From a virus, in the IMG/VR virus record IMGVR_UViG_3300044981_000021, positions 1 to 64,000 of that record: a stretch of DNA of 64,000 bases, one strand, 5' to 3'. Of this stretch, positions 9,339 through 18,275 are shown piece after piece. Every line of letters starts with the position of its first letter. Within the stretch, counting starts at the first letter, position 1. The position numbers and the translations under genes were made by a program. The notes under the pieces are model-generated. The model ran no database searches and was not told where the DNA came from. It saw only the letters and a list, made by a program, of their open reading frames with translations.

Positions 9339-9362
9339 TGTGATGTTCCCGCAGGAGCCAGA
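9339..9362 (+). repeat. 24-bp direct repeat copy 1 (TGTGATGTTCCCGCAGGAGCCAGA)
   Basis: Exact copy at 10296-10319. Confidence 0.9.
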
Positions 9363-9521
9363 GCAATGAATTTACGCGAGTTATGCGTTCGTAGCCAAGA
9401 CTTCGGCCTGTCTATCGTCTGGATTCATCTGCGAGCCTTCGCGGGGCACAAAAAGGGACGCGCACAAGGGCAAGGAAGTGCCGAGTTGCCCCGCCTGTAA
9501 AGAGATCAAGGAGAAGCTGAA

Positions 9522-9848
9522 ATGAGGAGCAAGCTTAGACCAGAATGCGTAGATTCACAAAACAACGCCCTTCCCGATGACACGGCGTTATTTCTCATTC
9601 GGGATTCGGTATCGCGGCGACGAGCATTAATTCATGGCCGCCTACACTTCAGGGGGGAACATTGTGCCCTTGGGTGCTTCTGGGCAGACAACCCCAAGGC
9701 TCTCTTGAACAATAGCCTCGTTGACGAAGTTGCTGCGGTCAACGACGCAGTTCCACCTTCTGCAACTCCGCACGAGCGATGGAAGAAAGTTAACAGCTGG
9801 CTGCGATTCAAGATCAAGGCCTTGGCTGGCGGTAAGGCGGTGAGGTAA
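9522..9848 (+). CDS. hypothetical protein
   Basis: AGGAG RBS, 108 aa. Confidence 0.6.
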   Translation: MRSKLRPECVDSQNNALPDDTALFLIRDSVSRRRALIHGRLHFRGEHCALGCFWADNPKALLNNSLVDEVAAVNDAVPPSATPHERWKKVNSWLRFKIKALAGGKAVR

Positions 9849-9896
9849 TGGCAACCCAGATTGAGTTACCCAGCGCACGGGAGATGGAGGATCAAA

Positions 9897-10300
9897 ATGA
9901 AAGTATTAAGTCTGACGCAACCGTGGGCAACGCCGGTCTGCTTGGGCGCAAAGGAGATCGAGACGCGATCATGGGAAACACTGTATCGTGGCCCGCTCCT
10001 CATTCATGCGAGCAAATCATTTCCGAAGTGGGCGAAAGAATGCTGCGAAGAGGAACCGTTTTATTCGGCCCTGCGACCGCATTTTACGCATACCCGGAAC
10101 TTGCCTGCGGGCACGTCATCGGACAGGTTGAGTTGCATAAGTGTATTCGCACGGCGGACGTGACGGACATAAGCCAAGCAGAAAGAGAATTCGGAGACTA
10201 TGGACCGGGGCGCTTCGCATGGTTGCTGTACAATCCGCGATTTCTGCCAAAACCAATTCCCGCGCGTGGAAGTCTTGGTCTATGGAACTTTGAATTGTGA
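9897..10300 (+). pseudogene. ASCH domain protein with one frameshift near 10075-10090
   Basis: MKVLSLTQPWA...KEIETRSW..YRGPLLIHAS in one frame; GHVIGQVEL...FGDYGPGRFAWLL...PIPARGSLGLW in the -1 frame. Confidence 0.8.
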
Positions 10301-10319
10301 TGTTCCCGCAGGAGCCAGA
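10296..10319 (+). repeat. 24-bp direct repeat copy 2
   Basis: Exact copy of 9339-9362. Confidence 0.9.
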
Positions 10320-10554
10320 AGGGAGTTAGAGAATATGAACCTGGGTGATCTGAAACGGTTGGCGCAGTATTTTATACCGGAACAGGGCAATCCGCAGAAG
10401 AAACAGCCTGATTGCTGGCGATGCGGCAGGCCGTGTACGTCGGGCAGCCAAGGTTCATGGATGTGCGATTGCACTTCAACGCCATTCGACCAGCAAGTTG
10501 AGGAGCCAGAACTTTGAAGTTGCAAATTGGAGAAGGCTGAGAATCTAGGAGATT

Positions 10555-11196
10555 ATGACACGCGCGACCAATCAGAAGTTATTCGCAGGATGGACGCATC
10601 AGCAATTATGTGACCGCGCATTGCGATGGCTGTCTGGCACGCGGCGGTGTGAGCCAGTTTTTGCCGGCATTGCATCCTGTTCAGAGGTTCCAGATGCGAT
10701 TGGTTGGTCAAGTTGCTATAGCCATAAAGGTAGCACCGTGATCGAGTGTAAAACATCGCGGACTGACTTTTACGCGGAGAATAGAAAGCGGTTTGTTTGG
10801 AAGCATCCCGAATGGAACTACTTTGTGTCAGCGCGGCGGTACTCGGAGAAATCGGCCATCGCTCAAGGATTCAAGAAAGAGGTACGTGCCCAGATGGGCC
10901 ATTATCGTTTTTTCATGTGCGAACCTGAAATTATAACTCCTGAGATGGTGCAAGAAAACGCGCCGGACCATGGTCTCCTCTGGGTCAAAGGCAGAAGTGT
11001 AAGCGTCATAGTGAACGCTCCACGCCGCACAAATATTGCATTTGAGACAGAAATTCGTTACCTCCGCTTCGCCATCATAAACAGCAAAACACCGCACGTT
11101 TTATGGCCGGAAGAAGCGACCGCTCAGCTTGCGGGCTTGGGACGACCCACAGGGGTCACGCAGGAGAAAGAATTCCGGGGGTTAAAAAAGGGTTGA
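10555..11196 (+). CDS. PD-(D/E)XK nuclease-fold protein, MmcB-like
   Basis: EVPDAIGW...VIECKTSRTDF...GHYRFF...GLL. Confidence 0.7.
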   Translation: MTRATNQKLFAGWTHQQLCDRALRWLSGTRRCEPVFAGIASCSEVPDAIGWSSCYSHKGSTVIECKTSRTDFYAENRKRFVWKHPEWNYFVSARRYSEKSAIAQGFKKEVRAQMGHYRFFMCEPEIITPEMVQENAPDHGLLWVKGRSVSVIVNAPRRTNIAFETEIRYLRFAIINSKTPHVLWPEEATAQLAGLGRPTGVTQEKEFRGLKKG

Positions 11197-11226
11197 GAAT
11201 CTAGGATTGGGAGAATTGAGGAAACG

Positions 11227-11451
11227 ATGAGCGACCAACCATACAAGCAGTATCGCAGAACGCAAATCGCGGAAATGGCCGATTGGGAGCTGGGCTTCGA
11301 TATGAAAAACGTCTCCATCAGTGGAGCGGACGCAGCGAATGGTTCACCAAAACTGGGCGACAAAATCGCCCGAAATCCAGCAAACCACGAAGACCGTTGG
11401 CTAGTCGCCAAAGCGTATTTCGACGCAAACTTTGAGGAAATTGAACGATGA
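11227..11451 (+). CDS. hypothetical protein (MSDQP N-terminus)
   Basis: GAGG RBS; ATGA overlap with the next gene. Confidence 0.65.
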   Translation: MSDQPYKQYRRTQIAEMADWELGFDMKNVSISGADAANGSPKLGDKIARNPANHEDRWLVAKAYFDANFEEIER

Positions 11452-11786
11452 GCAACCAACCATTTCCGCCCGCTAGAACGACATCTCTACCAGACGATAA
11501 ATCGGGCAACGTCGGAGGCCCCAGCCAAGGCGGGCAGAGCCGAAGTCTGAGGGCGAATCAAGCACTCGCGGCGATTACTAATCCGCAAGTGATCTACGTG
11601 GTGATGGTTAAGCGGCCCAACAGTGAAACTTTCGTTCCATGCTGGGGAGAATGGTCGCTATCCGCTCACGGAGTCCATGCCAAGGGATTTGCCAACAAGA
11701 TAGACGCTGGCAAGCAATGTCAAGAATTCCGCATTCGTTATGGCAAGAAGAATGCCTACGTCCAGCAATACGGGCCGTATGCTTGA
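11448..11786 (+). CDS. hypothetical protein (MSNQP N-terminus)
   Basis: ATGA overlap. Confidence 0.55.
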   Translation: MSNQPFPPARTTSLPDDKSGNVGGPSQGGQSRSLRANQALAAITNPQVIYVVMVKRPNSETFVPCWGEWSLSAHGVHAKGFANKIDAGKQCQEFRIRYGKKNAYVQQYGPYA

Positions 11787-11800
11787 TTGAAGGAGTTACG

Positions 11801-12340
11801 ATGAGCGACCAACCAGTAGAGCCGTTAGTTGTCGAGTCGTTAGTTGTCGACCTTGCACGAGAACTCTACGACGCCTTTGCAATGGGGGGACTGGAGCCGC
11901 GGCAAGTTTACGGAGACATTCGAGCCATTCTTGCTCGGTACGCTTGCCCTAAACTGGAGAACGCAAAGAGCGAGTTTGAGCGGTTATTTGTTCACAAGGG
12001 TGAAGCCGTTGCCTACCCCGCCTGCCGAGAAAGGAAGGACGCCACGACGACTGACGGACTGCGGTCTTCCATTTTGCAGATGATGGCGAAGCGAAAGTGG
12101 TCAACTCATTGGATTCACCGCAGCGCCTATCTGCATCTGGAATCAGCGGAGCTGGCTGAAGCGGTTCGCGGGAAGCGCGGCGACACCTTGGATGAATCCG
12201 CCGATGTTCTAATTACGCTGTTGGCCCTTAGTCCGCATGAACTGGATCAGATCATTGAAGCTGCCAAACGGAAGGTTGCTCTTTTAATGATTAAGCCGCC
12301 TTACGCCGGAGAACAGGGGACGACAACGGATGGCGACTGA
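11801..12340 (+). CDS. MazG-like NTP pyrophosphatase domain protein (MSDQP N-terminus)
   Basis: AAGGAG RBS; LESAELAEAV...DESADVL acidic MazG-type motif. Confidence 0.6.
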   Translation: MSDQPVEPLVVESLVVDLARELYDAFAMGGLEPRQVYGDIRAILARYACPKLENAKSEFERLFVHKGEAVAYPACRERKDATTTDGLRSSILQMMAKRKWSTHWIHRSAYLHLESAELAEAVRGKRGDTLDESADVLITLLALSPHELDQIIEAAKRKVALLMIKPPYAGEQGTTTDGD

Positions 12341-12521
12341 TTCACTGCGGGAGATCGCGGAGCAGTTAGAAAGAGAAGTCCGAAATTCCAGCGATCCGTC
12401 AGCTTATCGACAGCAGCTTGAACGGGCGATGCGTCTGCGCGACCAGGCGTGGCACATGATAATCACCAGCGGTGTAACCGAAGAAGAACTGAACGAAGTT
12501 ACGGCGGAGTTGCTGAAATGA
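12330..12521 (+). CDS. hypothetical protein (LREIAE...LERAMRL family)
   Basis: Tandem paralog of 12518..12721. Confidence 0.55.
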   Translation: MATDSLREIAEQLEREVRNSSDPSAYRQQLERAMRLRDQAWHMIITSGVTEEELNEVTAELLK

Positions 12522-12721
12522 CTACATTGCGGGAGATCGCGGAGCGACTGGCGATGAGTTGGTGGGACATCCACCAAGCGGATCATGCTGAATCTGTATC
12601 TATGCTACTTGAGCGGGCAATGCGTCTGGCGATTGAGGCGTCCAAGCAAAGTTATTTTGGCACCGAATCGGAAATCTGCGCTCGCATGGCGGAATTACTG
12701 AAGGCGGATGCACACAAATGA
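12518..12721 (+). CDS. hypothetical protein (LREIAE...LERAMRL family)
   Basis: ATGA overlap; paralog of the previous gene. Confidence 0.55.
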   Translation: MTTLREIAERLAMSWWDIHQADHAESVSMLLERAMRLAIEASKQSYFGTESEICARMAELLKADAHK

Positions 12722-13103
12722 GGATTCCGGTAACCAAGGCGCAGATCGCATGGGCTAAAGACGCTGCCAAGCGCGGCAAGGTTTTGAAAATTGATTTGCG
12801 GACATTCAGAATTAGGGAAGTGAAGGCGGAGGCCAGGAAATGACCCTTGACGCTGAAGACCGGAAATGGATTCTCTTGCTCTGTGGCAAGTTGCTTCAAA
12901 TGGAAGCAAGCATTTCCTTGTCTACAGGGACGCAACGGCTGGCAGATGCTTTCTCTCTGGAGTTAATACATCCCGACACAGACAAAGCTATGTGTGAGAA
13001 GATTAAAGAGTTGGCAAACTGACAAATGAAAACTCTCTTGGTCGCGCTCGCGCTGCCGCCTGCGGCGTTGGCTGTGGCCATTGGAGGGGGAAACGATGAA
13101 CGA

Positions 13104-13445
13104 CTAGCGCACCAAGTCTCCATCTAGGTCGGCAGGATTAGGGTTTAAACCATCGATAATTCTCTGCACCGATTCAGGTTCTAATGTTTCTACGGAATTC
13201 ATTACAGTTTCATGCCACGCCTCGCTAAAAGAAATTATCCCATCTAGCCGTATCTGCATAGCCCACAGTGCGTCTTTGTCTACCCGAGCACGCATAAATT
13301 GCTCCTTAATTTGAGAAATGCGAAGATCGCGCAAGTCTAGATATACGCGCCAGCCTGGATGTTTTATTAAATCAGCCAAATGCCGTGCACGTTCAAAATC
13401 GCGCAGGATGGCTAACTCTTGTTCGCTTAATTGCTCATTGTCCAT
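13104..13445 (-). CDS. hypothetical protein of portal operon
   Basis: Start MDNEQL after AGGA; helical 113 aa. Confidence 0.6.
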   Translation of the reverse strand: MDNEQLSEQELAILRDFERARHLADLIKHPGWRVYLDLRDLRISQIKEQFMRARVDKDALWAMQIRLDGIISFSEAWHETVMNSVETLEPESVQRIIDGLNPNPADLDGDLVR

Positions 13446-13986
13446 TGTAATTTCCTGGCGATGGCGGTTGATTCTTGATGTCCTGTTCGACGGGATAAAC
13501 ATAAACCGCAGGCCCACTAGAACGCAATGGGCGTTGATGAACTTGTTCCGCATAGGCATCGGCGTGTTCGGGAGTGTCAAATATTCCCATATGCTCGCCG
13601 GTATTGAGGTAATGTTGCCATGCTTCATCTTGCGATAAAACTCTACCATTTACAACCTGCGGCACCAACACTTCGCCTTGGTCTGTTCCGCGACTAAAAG
13701 ATATTTCGGAAGAATGATATCCTGGCTGCCCGGGGGTTGGAATGATGGGGCGGCCAGTAAGATTGATTGTTCCCGGATTGCGCATTCCTACGGGGCGTGG
13801 AGGAGCGGCAGAGCGTGGAGTATGACCAGATTGCAAGGCCATTCGCAACCCCTGATCGCCAATCGCCTTCGCATATCCAGGGTGGGCATGGACGAGTGCA
13901 GCTAGTAATTTTCCATCATCAATCCCGCGATATTCAGGATTATTGGTACGCAGATTCTCTAGAATTTTAAGATGTTCGTCGGCCAT
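13435..13986 (-). CDS. putative internal virion protein
   Basis: Portal operon; N-terminal PxY...DxxL module shared with the neighbouring gene. Confidence 0.55.
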   Translation of the reverse strand: MADEHLKILENLRTNNPEYRGIDDGKLLAALVHAHPGYAKAIGDQGLRMALQSGHTPRSAAPPRPVGMRNPGTINLTGRPIIPTPGQPGYHSSEISFSRGTDQGEVLVPQVVNGRVLSQDEAWQHYLNTGEHMGIFDTPEHADAYAEQVHQRPLRSSGPAVYVYPVEQDIKNQPPSPGNYNGQ

Positions 13987-14951
13987 TATTTTACCGGGAG
14001 CGCAAAATCCATTATATTTGGGTCGCCTGAAATGTATCCCGTGGCTTCGTATCCCGGGACGCTGGGAGGCGGCGGAGCACTAATCGGCTTGTATAAATCT
14101 TCGTCCGTTGGCACGCCTGCTAGTTGGCGAATGAATGGACCGTAGGCTTTTTTAATTTCCTCGAAATCGGCAGCAGTCGATTTGGTTAGTTTTCCTTGGC
14201 TAGCTAAATTTACCATGTCGCGGTGGGCGTCGTAATAATGCTTAACCATTTCCGCTTGTTGCTCGACAGTGAAGTTGGCGATGGTTTTATGGTCTGCTCG
14301 CGCTTTAACTAGCCCAGGCATTCCGCCGTAATCGTAAGTCTTGTCATCGTGCTCGTAGTCTGGGTCTGGTGAGGTAAATTCCCTAGTGCGTGTATTCTGG
14401 TAAATGTGCGACAACTCATGTGCCAAGGTGCCACGGTCAAACCATTGCGGATTATCAATGTCGATATCGGTCCCGCCGCCCATTACCCGTGCCACATACT
14501 TTCCTTGTGGATTTTTTGCTAATCCCATACCCGATGTTCTGGCCTGCTCTTGTAGGAATTTTGGCATCTCGGATATTTCCTTGCCAGTAAACGGACGATG
14601 TTGTAAGGCTATTGGAGATGTTGGGTCTTCTACCAACCTTTCCCCTAGGTAGGTATCTCCCTTGCCGTTAACCAAGCTAAGCAACTTATCGTCCGACCAA
14701 TTCTTGATGTCGGGATACTTTTGGCGCAATGCGTTGATAGATGTTTGAGGATCAAGTATGCCCAGGGGGTCGTGCTTGCCCGCCCATACATCCGCTATAG
14801 CTTTGCCGTATGGGGTGAGCGTGCGGACATACTGTGGATACTTCTTGATTAACGCTTTGGTTAGGTCCGCGTCCGAAACGTTCTTGTACTGGGGATACTT
14901 GATTCGGGCATTGGTCAAGATTACGTCAAGACCAACTTGCTGATCGGGCAT
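13986..14951 (-). CDS. putative virion protein with zincin HExxH motif (DUF4157-like)
   Basis: TLAHELSHIYQ...EQQAE; repeated KYP modules at the N-terminus. Confidence 0.6.
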   Translation of the reverse strand: MPDQQVGLDVILTNARIKYPQYKNVSDADLTKALIKKYPQYVRTLTPYGKAIADVWAGKHDPLGILDPQTSINALRQKYPDIKNWSDDKLLSLVNGKGDTYLGERLVEDPTSPIALQHRPFTGKEISEMPKFLQEQARTSGMGLAKNPQGKYVARVMGGGTDIDIDNPQWFDRGTLAHELSHIYQNTRTREFTSPDPDYEHDDKTYDYGGMPGLVKARADHKTIANFTVEQQAEMVKHYYDAHRDMVNLASQGKLTKSTAADFEEIKKAYGPFIRQLAGVPTDEDLYKPISAPPPPSVPGYEATGYISGDPNIMDFALPVK

Positions 14952-17093
14952 TTACTTCTGCGCTCCGAGAATACCGAGCGGATCGTCACTAGGCGCAGAG
15001 CCTTGCTGTGGCTGCTGCTGATTCTGTTGCTGGTTGTTCTGGATATCGCCTAGAGTTTGAAGTAGCGCGATCTTATGATCTGGAGTCATAGTTTCCTGAT
15101 CGACAAGCGACTTGATAATATGTGTTCCCGCTTGAGCTTGTCCTTTGGCCTCAATCTCCCCAAGTTTTGCCTGATGTTGTTGTGCAATTACGCTCATCTG
15201 CTGTGCCATTTCCGCCTTCTGTGCCAATGCTTGCTTTTCTTCGGGAGTCAACTTAACAACCAACTCCTGTTGCCCCGGCCATCCCGAAGCATCTAAAACT
15301 TGTTGAAAGAACTTACCAAACTCAAACTTCTCTCCCGCATCTTGCAAGGCCGTTAGTACAGGCTGCTGACTGACAAATTGCATAATCGGCATAGCCAACT
15401 GCATCATGCCTTGCTGTGCCCGCATCTTGGTCCCGGCCTGCATATTGAACTTCACGTTCGCATTCTTAATCTCAATCGCATCGCCTTTGTAGGCTTCTTC
15501 TAATTCTTCATCTAGAACCGCCCGCAAATCTTCAATGGGAAGCCAACGCGAGTTCATTTCATGTACTAATTCTAGGAATGGAACGATGAATAAACGAGAT
15601 ACGAAGTCTACAAAGTAAGCCGACCTAGCCCCCACGCCTGCGGCAAGAGTATTAATCCCCGATGCCGTTCTACCAATCGAAGATGGATGGGAAATAGCTC
15701 CTTGGGTAACGATTTCATTCGCTCCCGACCTACGCTGGGCACGAGAATCCGAAGCTTCTACTTCAGTAAACGCATCCACGATAGCAGGTGGATACTGAAT
15801 CATCTGCACACCTTTATCGTCGTCGGAATCAATGATTCCGCCGGGGCGAAGTCTCAACTGCTGAGTCGGCGTGTTAGCTCCGCGTTTACGCAGGAACGTA
15901 CCCGATAGGCGCAGGGAAAGATCGTCTAGGCGGGAGTTGATGATGCCTTGCTGGAGTCGCTGTTCGCCGGAGAGAAGCTTGACGATTCCCAACCCATACC
16001 AGCTATCGAGCACGTCGATTGGAGGAACAGAAAAGAAGTTGATGCAGCCGAATTCGTTGATGTCGTTCTTGATGCAGAGTTTGCGATTAAGAACGACAAT
16101 ATTTCTAGTCGGAGTCACGTACTCCAACATCTCAAGCGGCTGAAGATTTGGGTCTTCGGACGGCGACTGCCATCTTGGCATCGCTTTGAATTCCATGTTG
16201 ATATCTAAAGACGAAATACCCGTATTGAGAACTGAAGTAGTAGAGCGTCCTTCCATCACCGACCGTTCCGCGCTTTCCTTTGGCGGGTCGTAGAGCGAAC
16301 GCAAGAAAGCTTCATCGGGAAGATTGAACCCCGGTTGGTTCTTGAGTTGCAGCAGGGCGTTTAAATCTGGATAGGTGCGATGAATTAGGTATTTCGCTTG
16401 TCTGATATCGGGAACCCGTAGCGATGGATCAACCAAGATATGACGAATATGGATTTTTTCTATGCATGGCTGATTAATTTCGTACTCTTCTAGTTCTTCG
16501 ATTACACGACGGGAATCTTCAGTCGGCGTAATAATTGTCATGCCTGCCCCTACGGACCTAGCTTCAGGTTGGCCTGCATACTTATAAACCCTGCGATATC
16601 TTTTCTCGCGCTTCCACCCCACCTTCCATACACCCATGCCGTACATCAGGGCTTCTTTCAGCCCAAGCCTTAATTCTTCCTCAAAGTTCATGTCCTTGAG
16701 TTGCTTCGAGATAAGCATAGTTACCGCCTTGGCGGCTTCTATTTTCGTCTTCGCTCTAGGCGTGCAAGAGAATGGCGGATCGTCTGAGTAGAGCGCCTGC
16801 ATGTATTGCGGTAACAAACTTTCTATGTGTTCCAAGGTTAAGGGTATACCTAAACTGCTCCTTGGAACGGAAGACCCCTCCCAGAACGCAGTTGGCATTC
16901 TAAAAAGATATAGTCTGTCGTCGCGGTCAAACTCTATAGTTAATCCTTTAGAAAGTGTGTACCACTCTGATCTTTGCAGGTCTTTTAGAACTAGGTTTAA
17001 TGCGATTACATCTTTAGGCAATTGTGGCGCGGGAGGAAGTTGCTCGCTAAGTATTTCGTGAGCCATACTGATCGGACTATTGAGTAAAGCCAA
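14952..17093 (-). CDS. portal protein
   Basis: 713 aa; YGMGVWKVGW, LVDP, WYGLG, RPGGII, RTASG, Q-rich C-terminal barrel typical of P22/T7-like portals. Confidence 0.85.
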   Translation of the reverse strand: MALLNSPISMAHEILSEQLPPAPQLPKDVIALNLVLKDLQRSEWYTLSKGLTIEFDRDDRLYLFRMPTAFWEGSSVPRSSLGIPLTLEHIESLLPQYMQALYSDDPPFSCTPRAKTKIEAAKAVTMLISKQLKDMNFEEELRLGLKEALMYGMGVWKVGWKREKRYRRVYKYAGQPEARSVGAGMTIITPTEDSRRVIEELEEYEINQPCIEKIHIRHILVDPSLRVPDIRQAKYLIHRTYPDLNALLQLKNQPGFNLPDEAFLRSLYDPPKESAERSVMEGRSTTSVLNTGISSLDINMEFKAMPRWQSPSEDPNLQPLEMLEYVTPTRNIVVLNRKLCIKNDINEFGCINFFSVPPIDVLDSWYGLGIVKLLSGEQRLQQGIINSRLDDLSLRLSGTFLRKRGANTPTQQLRLRPGGIIDSDDDKGVQMIQYPPAIVDAFTEVEASDSRAQRRSGANEIVTQGAISHPSSIGRTASGINTLAAGVGARSAYFVDFVSRLFIVPFLELVHEMNSRWLPIEDLRAVLDEELEEAYKGDAIEIKNANVKFNMQAGTKMRAQQGMMQLAMPIMQFVSQQPVLTALQDAGEKFEFGKFFQQVLDASGWPGQQELVVKLTPEEKQALAQKAEMAQQMSVIAQQHQAKLGEIEAKGQAQAGTHIIKSLVDQETMTPDHKIALLQTLGDIQNNQQQNQQQPQQGSAPSDDPLGILGAQK

Positions 17094-17173
17094 ATCAGTT
17101 CACGCTCGCATTATTTTGGGTAGAAAAATGCCGCAGGTATTTCACGGCTAAATTGTAGGGGAGTTGCGACTAG

Positions 17174-17512
17174 CTATGCGACGGCGTTGCGCCGTTCGTT
17201 CTTGATTCTGTTAGCACAATCTTTGCATTCATTAGCATAGTGCCATCTTCCAAGTTCCGGAAATCTGACACTTTTAGACCACGATCTTTTCATCTGTTTG
17301 ATTGGTTTGACGGCGTGGCAATGCTTGCATTCTTTTTCTGTTGGTTGTGGCTTTGGAATATACGGTCCTAGTTTAGCTAATGCGGCCTCACTTCCAATCC
17401 TAGCTAGTTCTGATCGTTTCTCGGGGGATAGTTTTTCTTGTCGTTTTTGATTTGCTAATGCCGATAGGGCTGACTTATATTCTGGAGTTCTTGCCGCAGA
17501 CGCTTCACGCAT
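17174..17512 (-). CDS. hypothetical basic Zn-finger protein
   Basis: CxxC...CxxC; resembles endonuclease-associated DNA-binding modules. Confidence 0.45.
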   Translation of the reverse strand: MREASAARTPEYKSALSALANQKRQEKLSPEKRSELARIGSEAALAKLGPYIPKPQPTEKECKHCHAVKPIKQMKRSWSKSVRFPELGRWHYANECKDCANRIKNERRNAVA

Positions 17513-17916
17513 CCTTTGTTTGGTTTCTTCTGATTTTGGTTTTCCCTTAGCAGATAGGATTGCAATGCGTTGCGCTTTAGCTCTCGCGTACAGTGGGGGA
17601 ACGGTTTGTTGGGTATTCCGTATTTCTTGATTACTTCCTCAAATGGTTCCCCGTTACGCGCCGCAGTCTCGAAAGAAACAATCTTGTGTCCGCTAGATTT
17701 GCGCTGGTCATGATTTACGAGAGCTTCTACCCATACGAGATTTAAGCCCCACTCGCGGTCACACCGATCAACAAATACTAATGTTTCTTCGCGTTCTTTG
17801 CCCGTATTGGCAAATCCAAAGATTATTTGATACGCGCCGGAATACCGTCGTTTAATTTCCCAAGCCATTTTCCCCGATGTCCTTCCACCAGAGAAACTAA
17901 CGAATAAACGATTCAT
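17455..17916 (-). pseudogene. PAPS reductase-like (PP-loop) protein, C-terminally truncated
   Basis: VSFSGGRTS, FANTGKE, CTRELK; similarity ends at about residue 122. Confidence 0.7.
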
Positions 17917-17918
17917 GT

Positions 17919-18263
17919 TTATCCCTCGAAAGATTCATACATCTCGGTAACGGCGGGGAACACAATACTAACCTTGCCTTGCTTAAACAAGCCTAGCAGT
18001 TCTTTGGCGATGGTTCTTGCGCGTTCCTGAATTGTTTCAGGATCAGACGGAAAGCGTGGGTAGTTAATCAATCCAACCGAAAATCCGCGTTCATTTCCGT
18101 TGGCGTAGATGTATTCGGTTTCGGTAAGCGTTACACAGATAGGAAATTCATCACAATGCTTTTGTAGCCATTGCCGTGCAAGGTCAATCGGCAGAGATTC
18201 GCCGGTTTCGTGAACTTTGGTACCGACATAAATTGTGGCTGTGAACGTTGGGACGGATTTCAT
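17919..18263 (-). CDS. hypothetical protein
   Basis: 114-aa ORF between terminase and PAPS-like gene. Confidence 0.6.
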   Translation of the reverse strand: MKSVPTFTATIYVGTKVHETGESLPIDLARQWLQKHCDEFPICVTLTETEYIYANGNERGFSVGLINYPRFPSDPETIQERARTIAKELLGLFKQGKVSIVFPAVTEMYESFEG

Positions 18264-18275
18264 TTGGCGATTATA

